Notes: generated by a model not told the origin, from the letters alone. DNA of 64,000 nucleotides from Macrostomum hystrix (GCA_950097015.1 CATNEN010000003.1:3968001-4032000); one strand, 5' to 3'. Positions 27,001 to 39,903 are shown, numbered from the stretch's first letter. Translations and numbers: made by a program.

Positions 27001-30000
27001 GAGAAGGATCATGCTCAACAGTTGCAGCGTCAAATAACCGAGGCTGGTTTCAGCAATGAACTCATCAGCCAATTATTTCACCAGGACTTCAAGCAGCACA
27101 TCAAAGCCATCGAGTGTCTGTCCGCCTATTTGGACGGTGGTGGCGACGAAGGCGCCGAAAGTCATCGGTGCAATGTGGATCTGATCTTGAAATGGTCTTC
27201 GCTGAGATTCTACGACACAAATCCTAGCATGATAATGCGCTGTCTGGAGTATCTGAACCGTCTGTTCCAGGTCATGCTAGATCACGGCTGGCTACTTAAC
27301 GATAGCGACGCCCAGGCATTCTTTCCTCACCTGTTGATTAAACTGGGCGAGCCAAAGGATGTCATCAGGCGCGATGTGAAATCCCTATTTGGTAAGGCCA
27401 ATCGGGTCTATCCGGCTAGCAAATTGTTTCTGTACTTTATGGACGGCCTGGCTTCTAAGAGTGCGAAACAGCGACAGGAGTGCCTGGATGAGCTGGCCAA
27501 GATTATTCAGGTGAGGCTTTACTTGCTTTTTGGTCAGTTTTTGGACGACAAATCATGATGTTCCAATAATATAATTACAATAATATAATAATAATATTAT
27601 TATAGGTGGGCTGTGGGAAATGGCAAATCTTATCGTGACACTAGCGAGAAGGCAGTTCTGCCCATTGCGCTGACTCCTGAGCACACACGCACACAGGTGT
27701 GTACATCTGCCCTGACTTTCTCATCGTCAGGCAGTGTACACTGATACACTCTCATACTGTGCCATGCAGTATTGCAGCTATAATTGCAGGTAGAATGGCA
27801 ATTACTGATCTGTCGTGGTTACAATTTGAATAATGGGCAGTTGTCAATTATAGTAATCAAAATCCTTTCTACTCTACTGACAGTAGACATCTGAAAATAT
27901 CACTCCGGATTTTGTATAATTTCTCAGGTTCAAGGCATCGGAGTTTGCCAGCCGAATCCGGCCCAAGCGGTGAAGGCCATTGCCAAACAGATTGGAGATC
28001 GCGACAATGGCGTCAGGAATGCCGCCCTGAACACCCTGCTAGTAGCTTACCGATTCGTCGGCGAGCCGCTATTGAAGATGGTCGAACCAATGCAGGAGAA
28101 GGATCGCAGCATGCTGGAGGAACGCATTCGACGCCAGGGCGCCACCGCCGGTTCCAGCGCCGACATCCCGGGCTCCGTGTCGGCTAGGGAGGCCACGCCG
28201 CCAAGGTCTGGTTCCGCTAACAATGCCGCCAGGCCTGGCACCGCTGGCAATGCTGCTGCTGCTGCTGTTGCAGCGCAATTGTCTAGTTCCAATTCAGTCG
28301 CGGCGATGTCTGCCACCATGCCGCGTCGCGGCGGCGGGGGCGGCGGAATGTTTCAACTGGAAGCTCCTGAGCTCGATCCCATGCCTGCTCTGCCAGTTGA
28401 TAACGAGTTCGACCTAGCCAGAGAAGAAGAAGACATGACGCGACCGGTAGAATTTCCCAAGATTACGTGAGTTCGACTTTTTTAATTATTAATTTTCTTG
28501 AATAAGGTCTTTGCCTCTCGCACCAAGGTCCCTGAGCTCGATTCCACGGCGAGGCCACATTCATTTGGGGCGCGCAGCCGCAGAGAGAAGGCTTGGTGTG
28601 GTGGCTTGTCGTGCAATTTACGCCCATGAGGGCCAACCTCCAAGGCACAGTGAGAGTGTACACTGCCTGACAATGAGAAAGTCAGGGCAGATTTACACGT
28701 GCGTGTGCTCAGGAGTCAGCGAATTGGGCAGAATTGCCTCTTCGCTGGCTGCGGGTCTAGTGTCACCAAATGGTGTGCCATTGCCCGCAGCCCTGCTTTA
28801 ATAATAATATCTGGAACAGGATTCGAACCAATGACCGTTGCCTGTAAATTTCAGTCGCAAGCCGGCAGAAGAGGACCTGGCGTTGAAGAGCAGCCCGGAT
28901 GCTTTCACTGCCATCACTCACGTCATCACCCAGGTGTCCGCCACCGACTCTAAGCTGGCCTGCTTTGCAGTGCGCCAACTCATTGAAGTCATGCTGGATT
29001 CTGACCGATGCAAACTGCTCACTGCTCACGTTGATCCAATCCTATTGGCTGTGACCAATCAGATCAGTTTGAATACCGAGCCTGCCGACCCTGCGGCCGC
29101 TCTGGGCCTACTACGATCTCTGTTGTACTGCCTGTCGACCGTGTTTACCACTGCCTGTCTGGCCAAGTGTGCCAGTAGAGATCGGTTAAAATCCGTCTTT
29201 CAGGTCTGTGGATTTGATTTAAATACATTTCTGCACTTCAATATATATAGTTCTACATTCCAAGATTTACATTTCTACATTCCAAGAGTTACATTTCTAC
29301 ATTCCAAGATTTACATTTCTACATTCCAAGAGTTATATTTCTACATTCCAAGATTTACATTTCTACATTCCAAGATTTACATTTCTACATTCCAAGATTT
29401 ACATTTCTACATTCCAAGATTTACATTCCTACATTCCAAGATTTACATTTCGACATTCCAAGAGTTACATTTCTACATTCCAAGAGTTACATTCCTACAT
29501 TCCAAGATTTACATTTCTACATTCCAAGAGTTACATTCCTACATTCCAAGATTTACATTCCTACATTCCAAGAGTTACATTCCTACATTCCAAGATTTAC
29601 ATTCCTACATTCCAAGATTTACATTTCTACATTCCAAGAGTTACATTCCTACATTCCAAGATTTACATTCCTACATTCCAAGATTTACATTTCTACATTC
29701 CAAGAGTTACATTCCTACATTCCAAGATTTACATTCCTACATTCCAAGAGTTACATTCCTACATTCCAAGATTTACATTCCTACATTCCAAGATTTACAT
29801 TTCTACATTCCAAGAGTTACATTCCTACATTCCAAGATTTACATTCCTACATTCCAAGATTTACATTTCTACATTCCAAGAGTTACATTCCTACATTCCA
29901 AGAGTTACATTTCTACATTCCAAGAGTTACATTCCTACATTCCAAGATTTACATTCCTACATTCCAAGAGTTACATTCCTACATTCCAAGATTTACATTC

Positions 30001-31702
30001 CTACATTCCAAGAGTTACATTCCTACATTCCAAGATTTACATTTCTACATTCCAAGAGTTACATTCCTACATTCCAAGATTTACATTCCTACATTCCAAG
30101 AGTTACATTTCTACATTCCAAGAGTTACATTTCTACATTCCAAGAGTTACATTTCTACATTCCAAGATTTACATTCCTACATTCCAAGAGTTACATTCCT
30201 ACATTCCAAGATTTACATTCCTACATTCCAAGAGTTACATTCCTACATTCCAAGATTTACATTCCTACATTCCAAGAGTTACATTCCTACATTCCAAGAT
30301 TTACATTTCTACATTCCAAGAGTTACATTCCTACATTCCAAGATTTACATTCCTACATTCCAAGAGTTACATTTCTACATTCCAAGAGTTACATTTCTAC
30401 ATTCCAAGAGTTACATTTCTACATTCCAAGAGTTACATTTCTACATTCCAAGATTTACATTCCTACATTCCAAGAGTTACATTTCTACATTCCAAGAGTT
30501 ACATTTCTACATTCCAAGAGTTACATTTCTCAAAAAATCCCAAATCCCAATTCAGTCGGCAATATCGCTGGTGATCTCTGATTCGCTGAGTCGCCTAGAT
30601 CCCACGGACGCTGATCACGTGAATCGCACTGTGAACCTACTCTGCGCCAATGTGATCGCCAATTCTGATCGCACCCGGGTACTGCTCAGCCTGCTCAGGT
30701 CACTGTACGAGTGCGTGGACCGGGTCGGATTCTCGCAACTGTTCACTGAGCTCAACATCAAATGCCTCTGGCGCATCACTCGCTGCTTGGACAAACAGAT
30801 CAGCGACTACGATTTGGACGCTGTGCTGGCCGAATGCAACGCCTTCCTGACTTCCTTCCCCGTGGAGAGCTGGCAGCATCCGGATGGCGACGCTCCTCTG
30901 CGTGCCGTCACCAACCTGCTGCAGAAGATGTGCCAGTTGAAAGGCAGAGATGTGAGTCCTGGTCACCTAGTTGAATTGTTGCTACCCTACCCTGCTCACG
31001 GTATACCCTACCCTGCTCACAGGATACCCTACCCTGCTCACATGATACCCTACCCTGCTCACGGTATACCCTACCCTGCTCACATGATACCCTACCCTGC
31101 TCACGGTATACCCTACCCTGCTCACAGGATACCCTGCCCTGCTCACGTTATACCCTGCCCTGCTCACGTTATACCCTACCCTGCTCACAGGATACCCTAC
31201 CCTGCTCACGGTATACCCTACCCTGCTCACAGGATACCCTACCCTGCTCACGGTATACCCTACCCTGCTCAAATGATACCCTACCCTGCTCACGGTATAC
31301 CCTACCCTGCTCACCGGATACCCTACCCTGCTCACAGGATACCCTGCCCTGCTCACAGGATACCATACCCTGCTCACGGTATACCCTACCCTGCTCACAG
31401 GATACCCTACCCTGCTCACAGGATACCCTACCCTGCTCACAGGATACCCTGCCCTGCTCACAGGACCCTACCCAGCCCTACCCTACTTTACGCAACCCAA
31501 TTAATGAGATATCCTAAGCAGTTCTCAGATGTCTCAATTATGTCACTGTTGTCAACTCCAGTCTTATCCCCAACCCGAATCCCCCTTTACCCAGGTGACG
31601 CACCACCTGACTCAGGTGCCCAATTGTGAGGACTCTCAGGTTGCAGCCTACATAGCTCGCTGTCTGCGCAGCTTGCCTGAGAACTATCAGCCACCGCAGC
31701 CT

Positions 31703-31740
<38 letters not shown>

Positions 31741-32236
31741 GGCAACTCAACTGGGCCGTTCAGCTAAGCACGAGAGGCTAGTTGAAATCTTCAAAAAAAT
31801 CGGCTCTAAAGAGAATACTAGAGAAGGCCTTAACGAACTGTACGACTTCAAGCTGGCCAATCCTGACACAGACCTGAAGCCCTACCTGAGCAAGGCCAGC
31901 GCATTTTTCAATCGCTACATAGACCAGGGCCTGCGGAGTATTGAGAAAGAGCGCGCCAAAGCTACCGAGCTGCAGCTACAGCAGCAGCAGCAGATGGCCA
32001 GCCTATTAGCTGGCGGAAGTCATTTGCCACGCGGCAGCGGCGGCCAGCTAGCCTCCGAGATGCTGGCCAAGCTTCGAGACTTCGAGCGGGCGCATTTCAA
32101 CAATCGGCCAGCGGCCGCTGGTGGCACCGCGGTCGACGGCGGGCGCAGGCCGACCGCCCAGGAGATGCTAGACACTTTGAAGAAGTTTCAAAACAGTTAT
32201 CTGGCTGCCAATGATCAACAACTGACAGGCTCTGGT

Positions 32237-32268
<32 letters not shown>

Positions 32269-32476
32269 GTTGGCTGGTCTTCTAGGCGCTGAGGAGGCGC
32301 AGCCTACGCCTCAACCGGTGATCAACAGTCGGCACCTTTCGGCTCCTTCACCAGACGCTTCCCTAGCCGCCACGGCTAGCCGTCAGCAAGCCAATCAGGT
32401 GTCTGCCCAGGACTTGATGGATTTGAAGGCCCGTCTGGATCGAGTGAAGCGCGGCGCCCAGATGGCTAGGAAGTGA
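18047..32476 (+). CDS. CKAP5: Cytoskeleton-associated protein 5 (XMAP215/ch-TOG/Msps microtubule polymerase), 14 coding exons, 2131 aa
   Basis: Exons 18047-18106, 18231-18421, 18593-18919, 20038-20401, 21069-21518, 22972-23592, 24192-24863, 25115-25522, 25841-26386, 26920-27510, 27928-28466, 28855-29203, 30556-30951, 31595-32476 join in frame (6396 nt). TOG signatures HK|KWDARK, SKKWQERKEAL, SKAWKTRLEA, DPNWK|VRKEGL, HQDFKQHIKA; C-terminal EIFKKIGSKENTREGL and DLKARLDRVK. Confidence 0.97.
18957..19710 (+). mobile_element. tRNA-derived SINE (family A), interrupted by a nested insertion at 19059-19511
   Basis: B-box GGTTCGATTCCC at ~19006; body resumes after the second TSD copy (TTCACCCAGCTG core, CAGTCCATGGACTG tail). 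Related pieces at 19800-19990 (-), 50205-50290 and 56985-57115. Confidence 0.8.
19120..19511 (+). mobile_element. tRNA-derived SINE (family C) nested in SINE A
   Basis: A-box-like TAGCTCAGTC, B-box GGTTCGACTCC, ACTCAGCTG core, (ATT)n tail; the whole insert is flanked by the 14-bp TSD TTAGCAATGCCCTT (19045-19058, 19512-19525). Confidence 0.85.
19800..19990 (-). mobile_element. SINE family A, inverted partial copy
   Basis: Reverse complement GACTTAAAGGTCGGGAGTTCGATTCCCGACTC...TGCATTGCTTCA...CAGTCCATGGACTGAAC matches the + copy. Confidence 0.8.
20560..21045. repeat. 22-bp minisatellite in CKAP5 intron 4
   Basis: Unit CACCTGATCCCCATTCCCACCT. Confidence 0.95.
21545..22866. repeat. 22-bp minisatellite in CKAP5 intron 5, ~60 copies
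   Basis: Unit TCCATTGTTTGAGAAATCCC(T/A)A. Confidence 0.97.
25550..25810. repeat. 24-bp minisatellite in CKAP5 intron 8
   Basis: Unit TCTACCTTTCTGCCTACCCG(C/A)TTG. Confidence 0.92.
26450..26905. repeat. 17-bp minisatellite in CKAP5 intron 9
   Basis: Unit CTACCAATCTACCCA(A/G)C. Confidence 0.93.
27575..27767 (-). mobile_element. SINE family B, 3' part, inverted (CKAP5 intron 10)
   Basis: Reverse complement matches 28640-28810 (GTGTACACTGCCTGACGATGAGAAAGTCAGGGCAGAT...GCTCAGGAGTCAGCG) with an (AAT)n tail. Confidence 0.8.
28505..28810 (+). mobile_element. SINE family B (CKAP5 intron 11)
   Basis: Degenerate B-box GAGCTCGATTCC, shared body and (AAT)n tail; homologous pieces at 47268-47355 and 55825-55985. 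Confidence 0.75.
29250..30530. repeat. 22-bp minisatellite in CKAP5 intron 12, ~58 copies
   Basis: Unit ACATTCCAAGA(T/G)TTACATT(T/C)CT. Confidence 0.97.
30984..31475. repeat. 21-bp minisatellite in CKAP5 intron 13
   Basis: Unit CCCTACCCTGCTCACAGGATA. Confidence 0.96.
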
Positions 32477-33074
32477 TTTTTTAAGGGATTTCAATTGGAT
32501 TTTAGATAGCTAATTAACTTAGCAAAGTCTTCTGTGACTACTCGACTCCGCTTAAGTAGCATAGTCAGTAAATAAGTACATTTTTCGAAAAAATTGTTTG
32601 CTGGTCATTCCTAGAACAAAAGTTAAAGAGGACAATTTTATTTTTAACGCTTACCTTATTTTTATTACTCTTTCGAGTTAACTGAACTGATTTTGTCTTT
32701 GTCATAATCTCATCAGCTGACGTAGCATATTCAACTACTTACGTTAGTAATATGAATGACACTTGTATATAGCTTTTGTGTTTTATTTACTTCTATTTCA
32801 ATTTTTTCACACGCAAATTTTGTAGGTAAATTTGGTCTTTTATGTAACTTTCCTCCTTTAATATTTTTGGTTTGCCGCATATTTTGCCTCGAATTATTTT
32901 TTTATACGCACTTTGTTCTGTATTTCTAGACACTCTAAGTAGTATTATAAAAACATCACGGATGCTATATAAAGACATGACATTTTGGACCAATCGTTTT
33001 CTAACGGAGCGCGATTTTTTTGCAGCGAATGAATTTGATTGGTCTATAGATTGTACGTAGATTTCACATAAGTA

Positions 33075-33657
33075 GGAATCTGATTGGTCAGTAGAATGTG
33101 TGTAAATTATTGGGGCGAGGAAGTATTTGATTGGTCAGTAGAATGTGTGTAAATTATTGGGGCGAGGAAGAATTTGATTGGTCAGTAGAATGTGTGTAAA
33201 TTATTGGGGCGAGGAAGAATTTGATTGGTCAGTAGAATGTGTGTAAATTATTGGGGCGAGGAAGAATCTGATTGGTCAGTAGAATGTGTGTAAATTATTG
33301 GGGCGAGGAAGAATCTGATTGGTCAGTAGAATGTGTGTAAATTATTGGGGCGAGGAAGAATCTGATTGGTCAGTAGAATGTGTGTAAATTATTGGGGCGA
33401 GGAAGAATCTGATTGGTCAGTAGAATGTGTGTAGATAATCGGGGTGAGGAAGAATTTGATTGGTCAGTAGAATGTGTGTAAATTATTGGGGCGAGGAAGA
33501 ATTTGATTGGTCAGTAGAATGTGTGTAGATAATCGGGGTGAGGAAGAATTTGATTAGTCAGTAGAATGTGTGTAGATAATCGGGGTGAGGAAGAATTTGA
33601 TTGGTCAGTAGAATGTGTGTAGATAATCGGGGCGAGGAAGAATTTGATTGGTCAGTC
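33075..33657. repeat. 47-bp minisatellite, ~12 copies
   Basis: Unit TGATTGGTCAGTAGAATGTGTGTAAATTATTGGGGCGAGGAAGAATT. Confidence 0.96.
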
Positions 33658-33671
33658 TTCAATCCGCGTAC

Positions 33672-33735
33672 GCCATTGGCTGAGCCCCAGCTATAAATTA
33701 CATGACAAAAACGATAATTAAATTCATTCAGTATT
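33672..33735 (+). promoter_or_regulatory. Putative Pol II core promoter (inverted CCAAT, TATA, Inr-like)
   Basis: CCATTGGCT at ~33673, TATAAAT at 33692-33698, TCATTCAGT at 33724-33732. No downstream CDS identified. Confidence 0.4.
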
Positions 33736-34619
33736 TCCGTTCAACCCTGTAAAAGCCGATATTTTTCGAATATTGACGAATGCTCCCGTTGCTACTAGCT
33801 ATCATTCAGTTGAAATATTTAGTTTAACAAAATTTGAATCTATATTTTCCTTCATCATTTTCAGCTCATTTTCTCATAATTACTTTCTCTTTAAAATATT
33901 TTTTATATTTAATTAAGTGTAGGAGTGACATTGTGTGTGTACATGCTTATTCTGCATTTAGTCGGGCACCCAGTTACCACCTTCAGCCACCTACTTATTA
34001 TTCGGTAGTGTATACCGCTAAGCCATTAATTTGCCATGAAATTATTATCTATTAGGCCTTGTCGACGTAGCATGTTTATTCTTTATAGTCCGTTACTTTT
34101 TGGTCCGTTACTTTAGTCCGTTACTTTTAACAATCAGACAGTTGAGCTGAGTGTAATTGCTATTATCATATCTAATGCTTCCATTTGCTACCACATTTTA
34201 TTTCACATAGTTTATTTGCGTTTGTGTTAATTGACTGTATAACTTATGCTTTCTCGCTTTCAAAATAATATTTTTACTAGTTTTATTTGAACGCTTTCAT
34301 TGTTTCGTTTGTAGCGAACTTGTCGGCCATAAAGTGTCTTTTTTACTGGCTAAGTTATCTTCGCAACATTTCTGGTAGTAAAACTATACAATGTAGGCAC
34401 GTATTTTTGTAAGACTTGAATTAATTTGAACTAATAAATATAAATAAACTTTGGGGTGCTTTGTACCCTACGCTAAGCTAGCTGCCGATTATTATCAAAC
34501 TACTAAATGCCTGTAATAACAATTGTCGCACTTTCAACAGAAGCACTGCCAGCTGGGCTATCTCGTCTCGCTTTTCTTTCGAGTTACCTTAGAACATGAT
34601 TGAACTGTAGAGTTAAATT

Positions 34620-35620
34620 TGTACACGTGCACATAAGTAGTATGGAGTGTGTACACAGGCTCATAAGTAGTATGGAGTGTGTACACAGGCTCATAAGTAG
34701 TATGGAGTGTGTACACAGGCACATAAGTAGTATGGAGTGTGTACACAGGCACATAAGTAGTATGGAGTGTGTACACAGGCTCATAAGTAGTATGGAGTGT
34801 GTACACAGGCACATAAGTAGTATGGAGTGTGTACACAGGCACATAAGTAGTATGGAGTGTGTACACAGGCACATAAGTAGTATGGAGTGTGTACACAGGC
34901 ACATAAGTAGTATGGAGTGTGTACACATGCACATAAGTAGTATGGAGTGTGTACACATGCACATAAGTAGTATGGAGTGTGTACACAGGCTCATAAGTAG
35001 TATGGAGTGTGTACACAGGCTCATAAGTAGTATGGAGTGTGTACACAGGCACATAAGTAGTATGGAGTGTGTACACAGGTACATGAGTGCTGGGGAATGT
35101 GTTCACAGGTACATGAGTACTGTCGAATGTGTTCACAGGTACATGAGTGCTGGGGAATGTGTTCACAGGTACATGAGTACTGGGGAATGTGTTCACAGGT
35201 ACATGAGTACTGGGGAATGTGTTCACAGGTACATGAGTACTGGGGAATGTGTTCACAGGTACATGAGTACTGGGGAATGTGTTCACAGGTACATGAGTAC
35301 TGGGGAATGTGTTCACAGGTACATGAGTACTGGGGAATGTGTTCACAGGTACATGAGTACTGGGGAATGTGTTCACAGCCACATGAGTACTGGGGAATGT
35401 GTTCACAGGTACATGAGTACTGGGGAATGTGTTCACAGGTACATGAGTGCTGGGGAATGTGTTCACAGGTACATGAGTACTGGGGAATGTGTTCACAGGT
35501 ACATGAGTACTGGGGAATGTGTTCACAGGTACATGAGTGCTGGGGAATGTGTTCACAGGTACATGAGTACTGGGGAATGTGTTCACAGCCACATGAGTAC
35601 TGTGGAGTGTTTTCATGAGT
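34620..35620. repeat. 30-bp minisatellite with two subfamilies
   Basis: GTACACAGGCACATAAGTAGTATGGAGTGT (~15 copies) switches at ~35075 to GTTCACAGGTACATGAGTACTGGGGAATGT (~18 copies). Confidence 0.98.
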
Positions 35621-36169
35621 ACTGTGGAGTGTGTAAAAAAATTATTGAGCACTGGGCACTGGCCGTGGTGACCTCCCCAGTCCACAGACTTAACAGCTGA
35701 ACACAGCTTGTAGTTTTTTTTCTTTATCAGCTTGTAAACTGCTATTAAATATTTATTTGGCCTTCATAGCAGCATTGTCTACTCACTAGTTGCTACTGTA
35801 AGTAGTATACTGAGGTCATTCGTGAAAAAAATCTCTAATTTTTGGACACGAAATTGCCTTGCGCAGATGTGAAATTCTACACTCACCATTAATTGCCTTC
35901 AGCTACACTGCCCCTGTTGCACCTGACAGTTGATTCAGTCGCTTCGCTTGTCTCCTAAATAAATTTCAATCAGTCTTGTGACTGACTGTATTATATGCAA
36001 TCTTAACTGCTCGCGCAAGCTTCTCAGTGTGATTAGAATTTGCTTAACAAACCCGTTGAGATTTGGCGAAAAGCAAATTAAATTTGGGATCCAATTTCAT
36101 GAAGGTTTCCATTTGATTGCCTTTTTCGCAGATGACTGGCCTCAACTCAATTCGGAGTTAGTGAGTGAG

Positions 36170-37667
36170 TGAGTGAGTATGTCAGCTAGTGAAGGTGTCA
36201 GCTGAGTATGTCAGCTAGTGAAGGTGTCAGCTGAGTATGTCAGCTAGTGAAGGTGTCAGCTGAGTATGTCAGCTAGTGAAGGTGTCAGCTGAGTATGTCA
36301 GCTAGTGAAGGTGTCAGCTGAGTATGTCAGCTAGTGGGTATGTCAGCTAGTGAGGGTGTCAGCTAGTGGGTATGTCAGCTAGTGAGTATGTCAGCTAGTG
36401 AAGGTGTCAGCTGAGTATGTCAGCTAGTGAGGGTGTCAGCTAGTGAGTATGTCAGCTAGTGAGTATGTCAGCTAGTGAAGGTGTCAGCTGAGTATGTCAG
36501 CTAGTGAGGGTGTCAGCTAGTGAGTATGTCAGCTAGTGAAGGTGTCAGCTGAGTATGTCAGCTAGTGAGGGTGTCAGCTAGTGAGTATGTCAGCTAGTGA
36601 GTATGTCAGCTAGTGAGCATGTCAGCTAGTGGGTATGTCAGCTAGTGAGGGTGTCAGCTAGTGGGTATGTCAGCTAGTGAGTATGTCAGCTAGTGAGCAT
36701 GTCAGCTAGTGACTTTGGCAGCTAGTAGTGAGGGTGTCAGCAAGTGAGCATGTCAGCTAGTGAGTATGTCAGCTAGTGAGTATGTCAGCTAGTGAGCATG
36801 TCAGCTAGTGGGTATGTCAGCTAGTGGGTATGTCAGCTAGTGAGTATGTCAGCTAGTGAGCATGTCAGCTAGTGACTTTGGCAGCTAGTGACTTTGGCAG
36901 CTAGTAGTGAGGGTGTCAGCAAGTGAGTGTGTCAGCTAGTGAGTGTGTCAGCTAGTGAGTGTGTCAGCTAGTGAGTGTGTCAGCTAGTGAGCATGTCAGC
37001 TAGTGAGCATGTCAGCTAGTGGGTATGTCAGCTAGTGGGTATGTCAGCTAGTGAGTATGTCAGCTAGTGAGCATGTCAGCTAGTGACTTTGGCAGCTAGT
37101 GACTTTGGCAGCTAGTAGTGAGGGTGTCAGCAAGTGAGTGTGTCAGCTAGTGAGCATGTCAGCTAGTGGGTATGTCAGCTAGTGAGGGTGTCAGCTAGTG
37201 GGTATGTCAGCTAGTGAGTATGTCAGCTAGTGAGCATGTCAGCTAGTGACTTTGGCAGCTAGTAGTGAGGGTGTCAGCAAGTGAGCATCTCAGCTAGTGA
37301 GTATGTCAGCTAGTGAGCATGTCAGCTAGTGGGTATGTCAGCTAGTGGGTATGTCAGCTAGTGAGTATGTCAGCTAGTGAGCATGTCAGCTAGTGACTTT
37401 GGCAGCTAGTGACTTTGGCAGCTAGTAGTGAGGGTGTCAGCAAGTGAGCATCTCAGCTAGTGAGTATGTCAGCTAGTGAGCATGTCAGCTAGTGGGTATG
37501 TCAGCTAGTGGGTATGTCAGCTAGTGAGTATGTCAGCTAGTGAGCATGTCAGCTAGTGACTTTGGCAGCTAGTGACTTTGGCAGCTAGTAGTGAGGGTGT
37601 CAGCAAGTGAGCATGTCAGCTAGTGAGTGTGTCAGCTAGTGAGTGTGTCAGCTAGTGAGTGTGTCAG
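36170..37667. repeat. 16-bp minisatellite with higher-order blocks
   Basis: Unit GTATGTCAGCTAGTGA with a recurring GACTTTGGCAGCTAGT variant. Confidence 0.97.
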
Positions 37668-38612
37668 GTAAGCAGCATGTTTATTTCATTCCTGGCTGCA
37701 ATTAGAGATAAACTGCATTGTGATTCTGCAGGGCACACGGACCAGCACACTAATTGTTTATTCTGATCATTACACGCGGCAGTTCATAAAAAACTTTAGT
37801 TAGCATTGTGTAACGAGAGGCTGGGAAAGTATGTGACAACTAAGCCCCGTCAAATGTATAGCAGTGGAAATCCAGTTGTTGGCATACAGGCACATTTCAC
37901 TCAAGCAATTGTTTCCATAAAAAACTCAATTTAATTACGCTGCGGGTCATTGTTAGTCTTCTCTTCCATTCCTCAACTGTCGCTTCTGAATTTTTCGGGA
38001 TCGCTGTATTTTTCTTGTAATAAAATAATAATTATAATCATAATAATATAGAAGAGATAGTTATATCTGAAAATGAGACAAAGTTAACATATTTTTTATT
38101 ATCCAATGCCAACAACCTTCATGACGTGTTTCAGCAGTTTGCAAATTCGTTATTTGCATTTTAACAGATTATTGTTACCATTAGCTGATGATACAATATC
38201 CTATTTGACACATCTGAAACTGACAGGTTCAAGCTTGCTTAGTGAATCTCGCTTGAAAGTTGCTTTTAAAATGGCTTTCTAAAACTTTTTAAGCCACTCG
38301 AAAACACTTGCTGGTGTTGTTGAATATTGGCGAGTTGATTTCGCTGAAGCTTTGGCAAAGTTTTACTGCATTTTTAATTGTGTTGTTTTACGATGAAGTG
38401 AATTACCAAAACTCTGCAACTGTTTCTACACGAGTGGGGGGGATATTGTATTTGGCTGCTTTTAATTTGCATTCTTATCTGATGGACACATAGGAGTACT
38501 GTCCTTAAAGAAGCGAGAAATACTCATAGGGATAATTGGGGATAATATGGGAGAGTGGGACACTTACAGGCGGAAGATGAGATTGGCGATGACAGTAGCC
38601 CAGTTGGGAAGT

Positions 38613-39405
38613 GGGGATTGATGAGCAGACTGTGGGATTGATGAGCGGACTGTGGGATTGATGAGCAGACTGTGGGATTGATGAGCAGACTGTGGGATTG
38701 ATGAGCAGACTGTGGGATTGATGAGCAGACTCTGGGATTGATGAGCGGACTGTGGGATTGATGAGCAGACTCCGGGATTGATGAGCAGACTCTGGGATTG
38801 ATAAGGAGAGTGAGGGATTGATAAGGAGAGTGAGGGATTGATATGGGGAGTGAGGGATTCATATGGGGAGTGAGGGATTGATATGGGGAGTGAGGGATTG
38901 ATATGTGGAGTGAGGCGTTGATAAGGCGAGTGGGAAATTGATATGGTGAGTGAGGGATTGATATGGGGAGTGAGGGATTGATATGGGGAGTGGGGGATTG
39001 ATATGGGGAGTGGGGGGATTGATATAAGGAATGGGGGATTGATATAAGGAATGGGGGATTGATATGGGGAGTGGGGGATTGATATGGGGAGTGGGGGATT
39101 GATATGGGGAGTGAGGGATTGATATGGGGAGTGGGGGATTGATATGGGGAGTGGGGGATTGATATGGGGAGTGGGGGATTGATATGGGGAGTGGGGGATT
39201 GATATGGGGAGTGAGGCGTTGATAAGGCGAGTGGGAAATTGATATGGGGAGTGAGGGATTGATATGGGGAGTGGGGGGTTGATTTGGGGAGTGAGGGTTT
39301 TTTTTGGGGAGTGGGGGATTGATATGGGGAGTGGGGGATTGATATGGGGAGTGGGGGATCGATATGGGGAGTGAGGGATTGATATAGAGAGTGGGGGATC
39401 GATAT
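38613..39405. repeat. 20-bp G-rich minisatellite with two subfamilies
   Basis: GATTGATGAGCAGACTGTGG followed by GATTGATATGGGGAGTG(A/G)GG. Confidence 0.96.
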
Positions 39406-39903
39406 GACAGTGGATAATTGGGGAAATGGGAGAAGGATAGGTAAAACAAGTTGAGTAAAACAGGAATAAGCAGAATGGCTGCAAACCGTGAATATTAATG
39501 AAGCCATATAAGTGCAAATGCAGCTATGGAAATAGCATTAAACTGATGAGAAATCACAAATTTAAAAGTCCATTATTCCGCCGCATTGGTGGACCTTTCG
39601 TATTGCTCAGAGTTTAAAGAAAATTGAGAATCTGCTCTGATAGCTGCTGCTTGCGTAGAGCGTGGGCAAGGTCAGGATTGAGTCTGTCTGACTTGGCTGA
39701 CACATGGGGTTGGCAACAAGACTATTGTGCAGATGAGCAATTTTAGTGTTTCCCCATCCTAATCTAAAGTAGCAACCCCATAGTGGTCATAGATTCTGCT
39801 TCCTGCTAGTAATATAAGTCCATGGCGTTTTTTACCACTTGTTGGTTGTCAAATATTTTTACACACGGTATGGGTGCCTGCACGCGTTCACAAATGAAAG
39901 CCG

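Noticed and set aside
28660-28692. Hammerhead ribozyme from CTGAC(G/A)ATGAGAAAGTC in SINE B
   Set aside because: No stem II or stem III can form around the core; it folds as a simple CTGAC/GTCAG hairpin.
28838-31629. 578-aa and 352-aa ORFs as single coding units
   Set aside because: Real CKAP5 exons 12 and 13 reading through into intronic minisatellites; canonical donors at 29204 and 30952 explain them.
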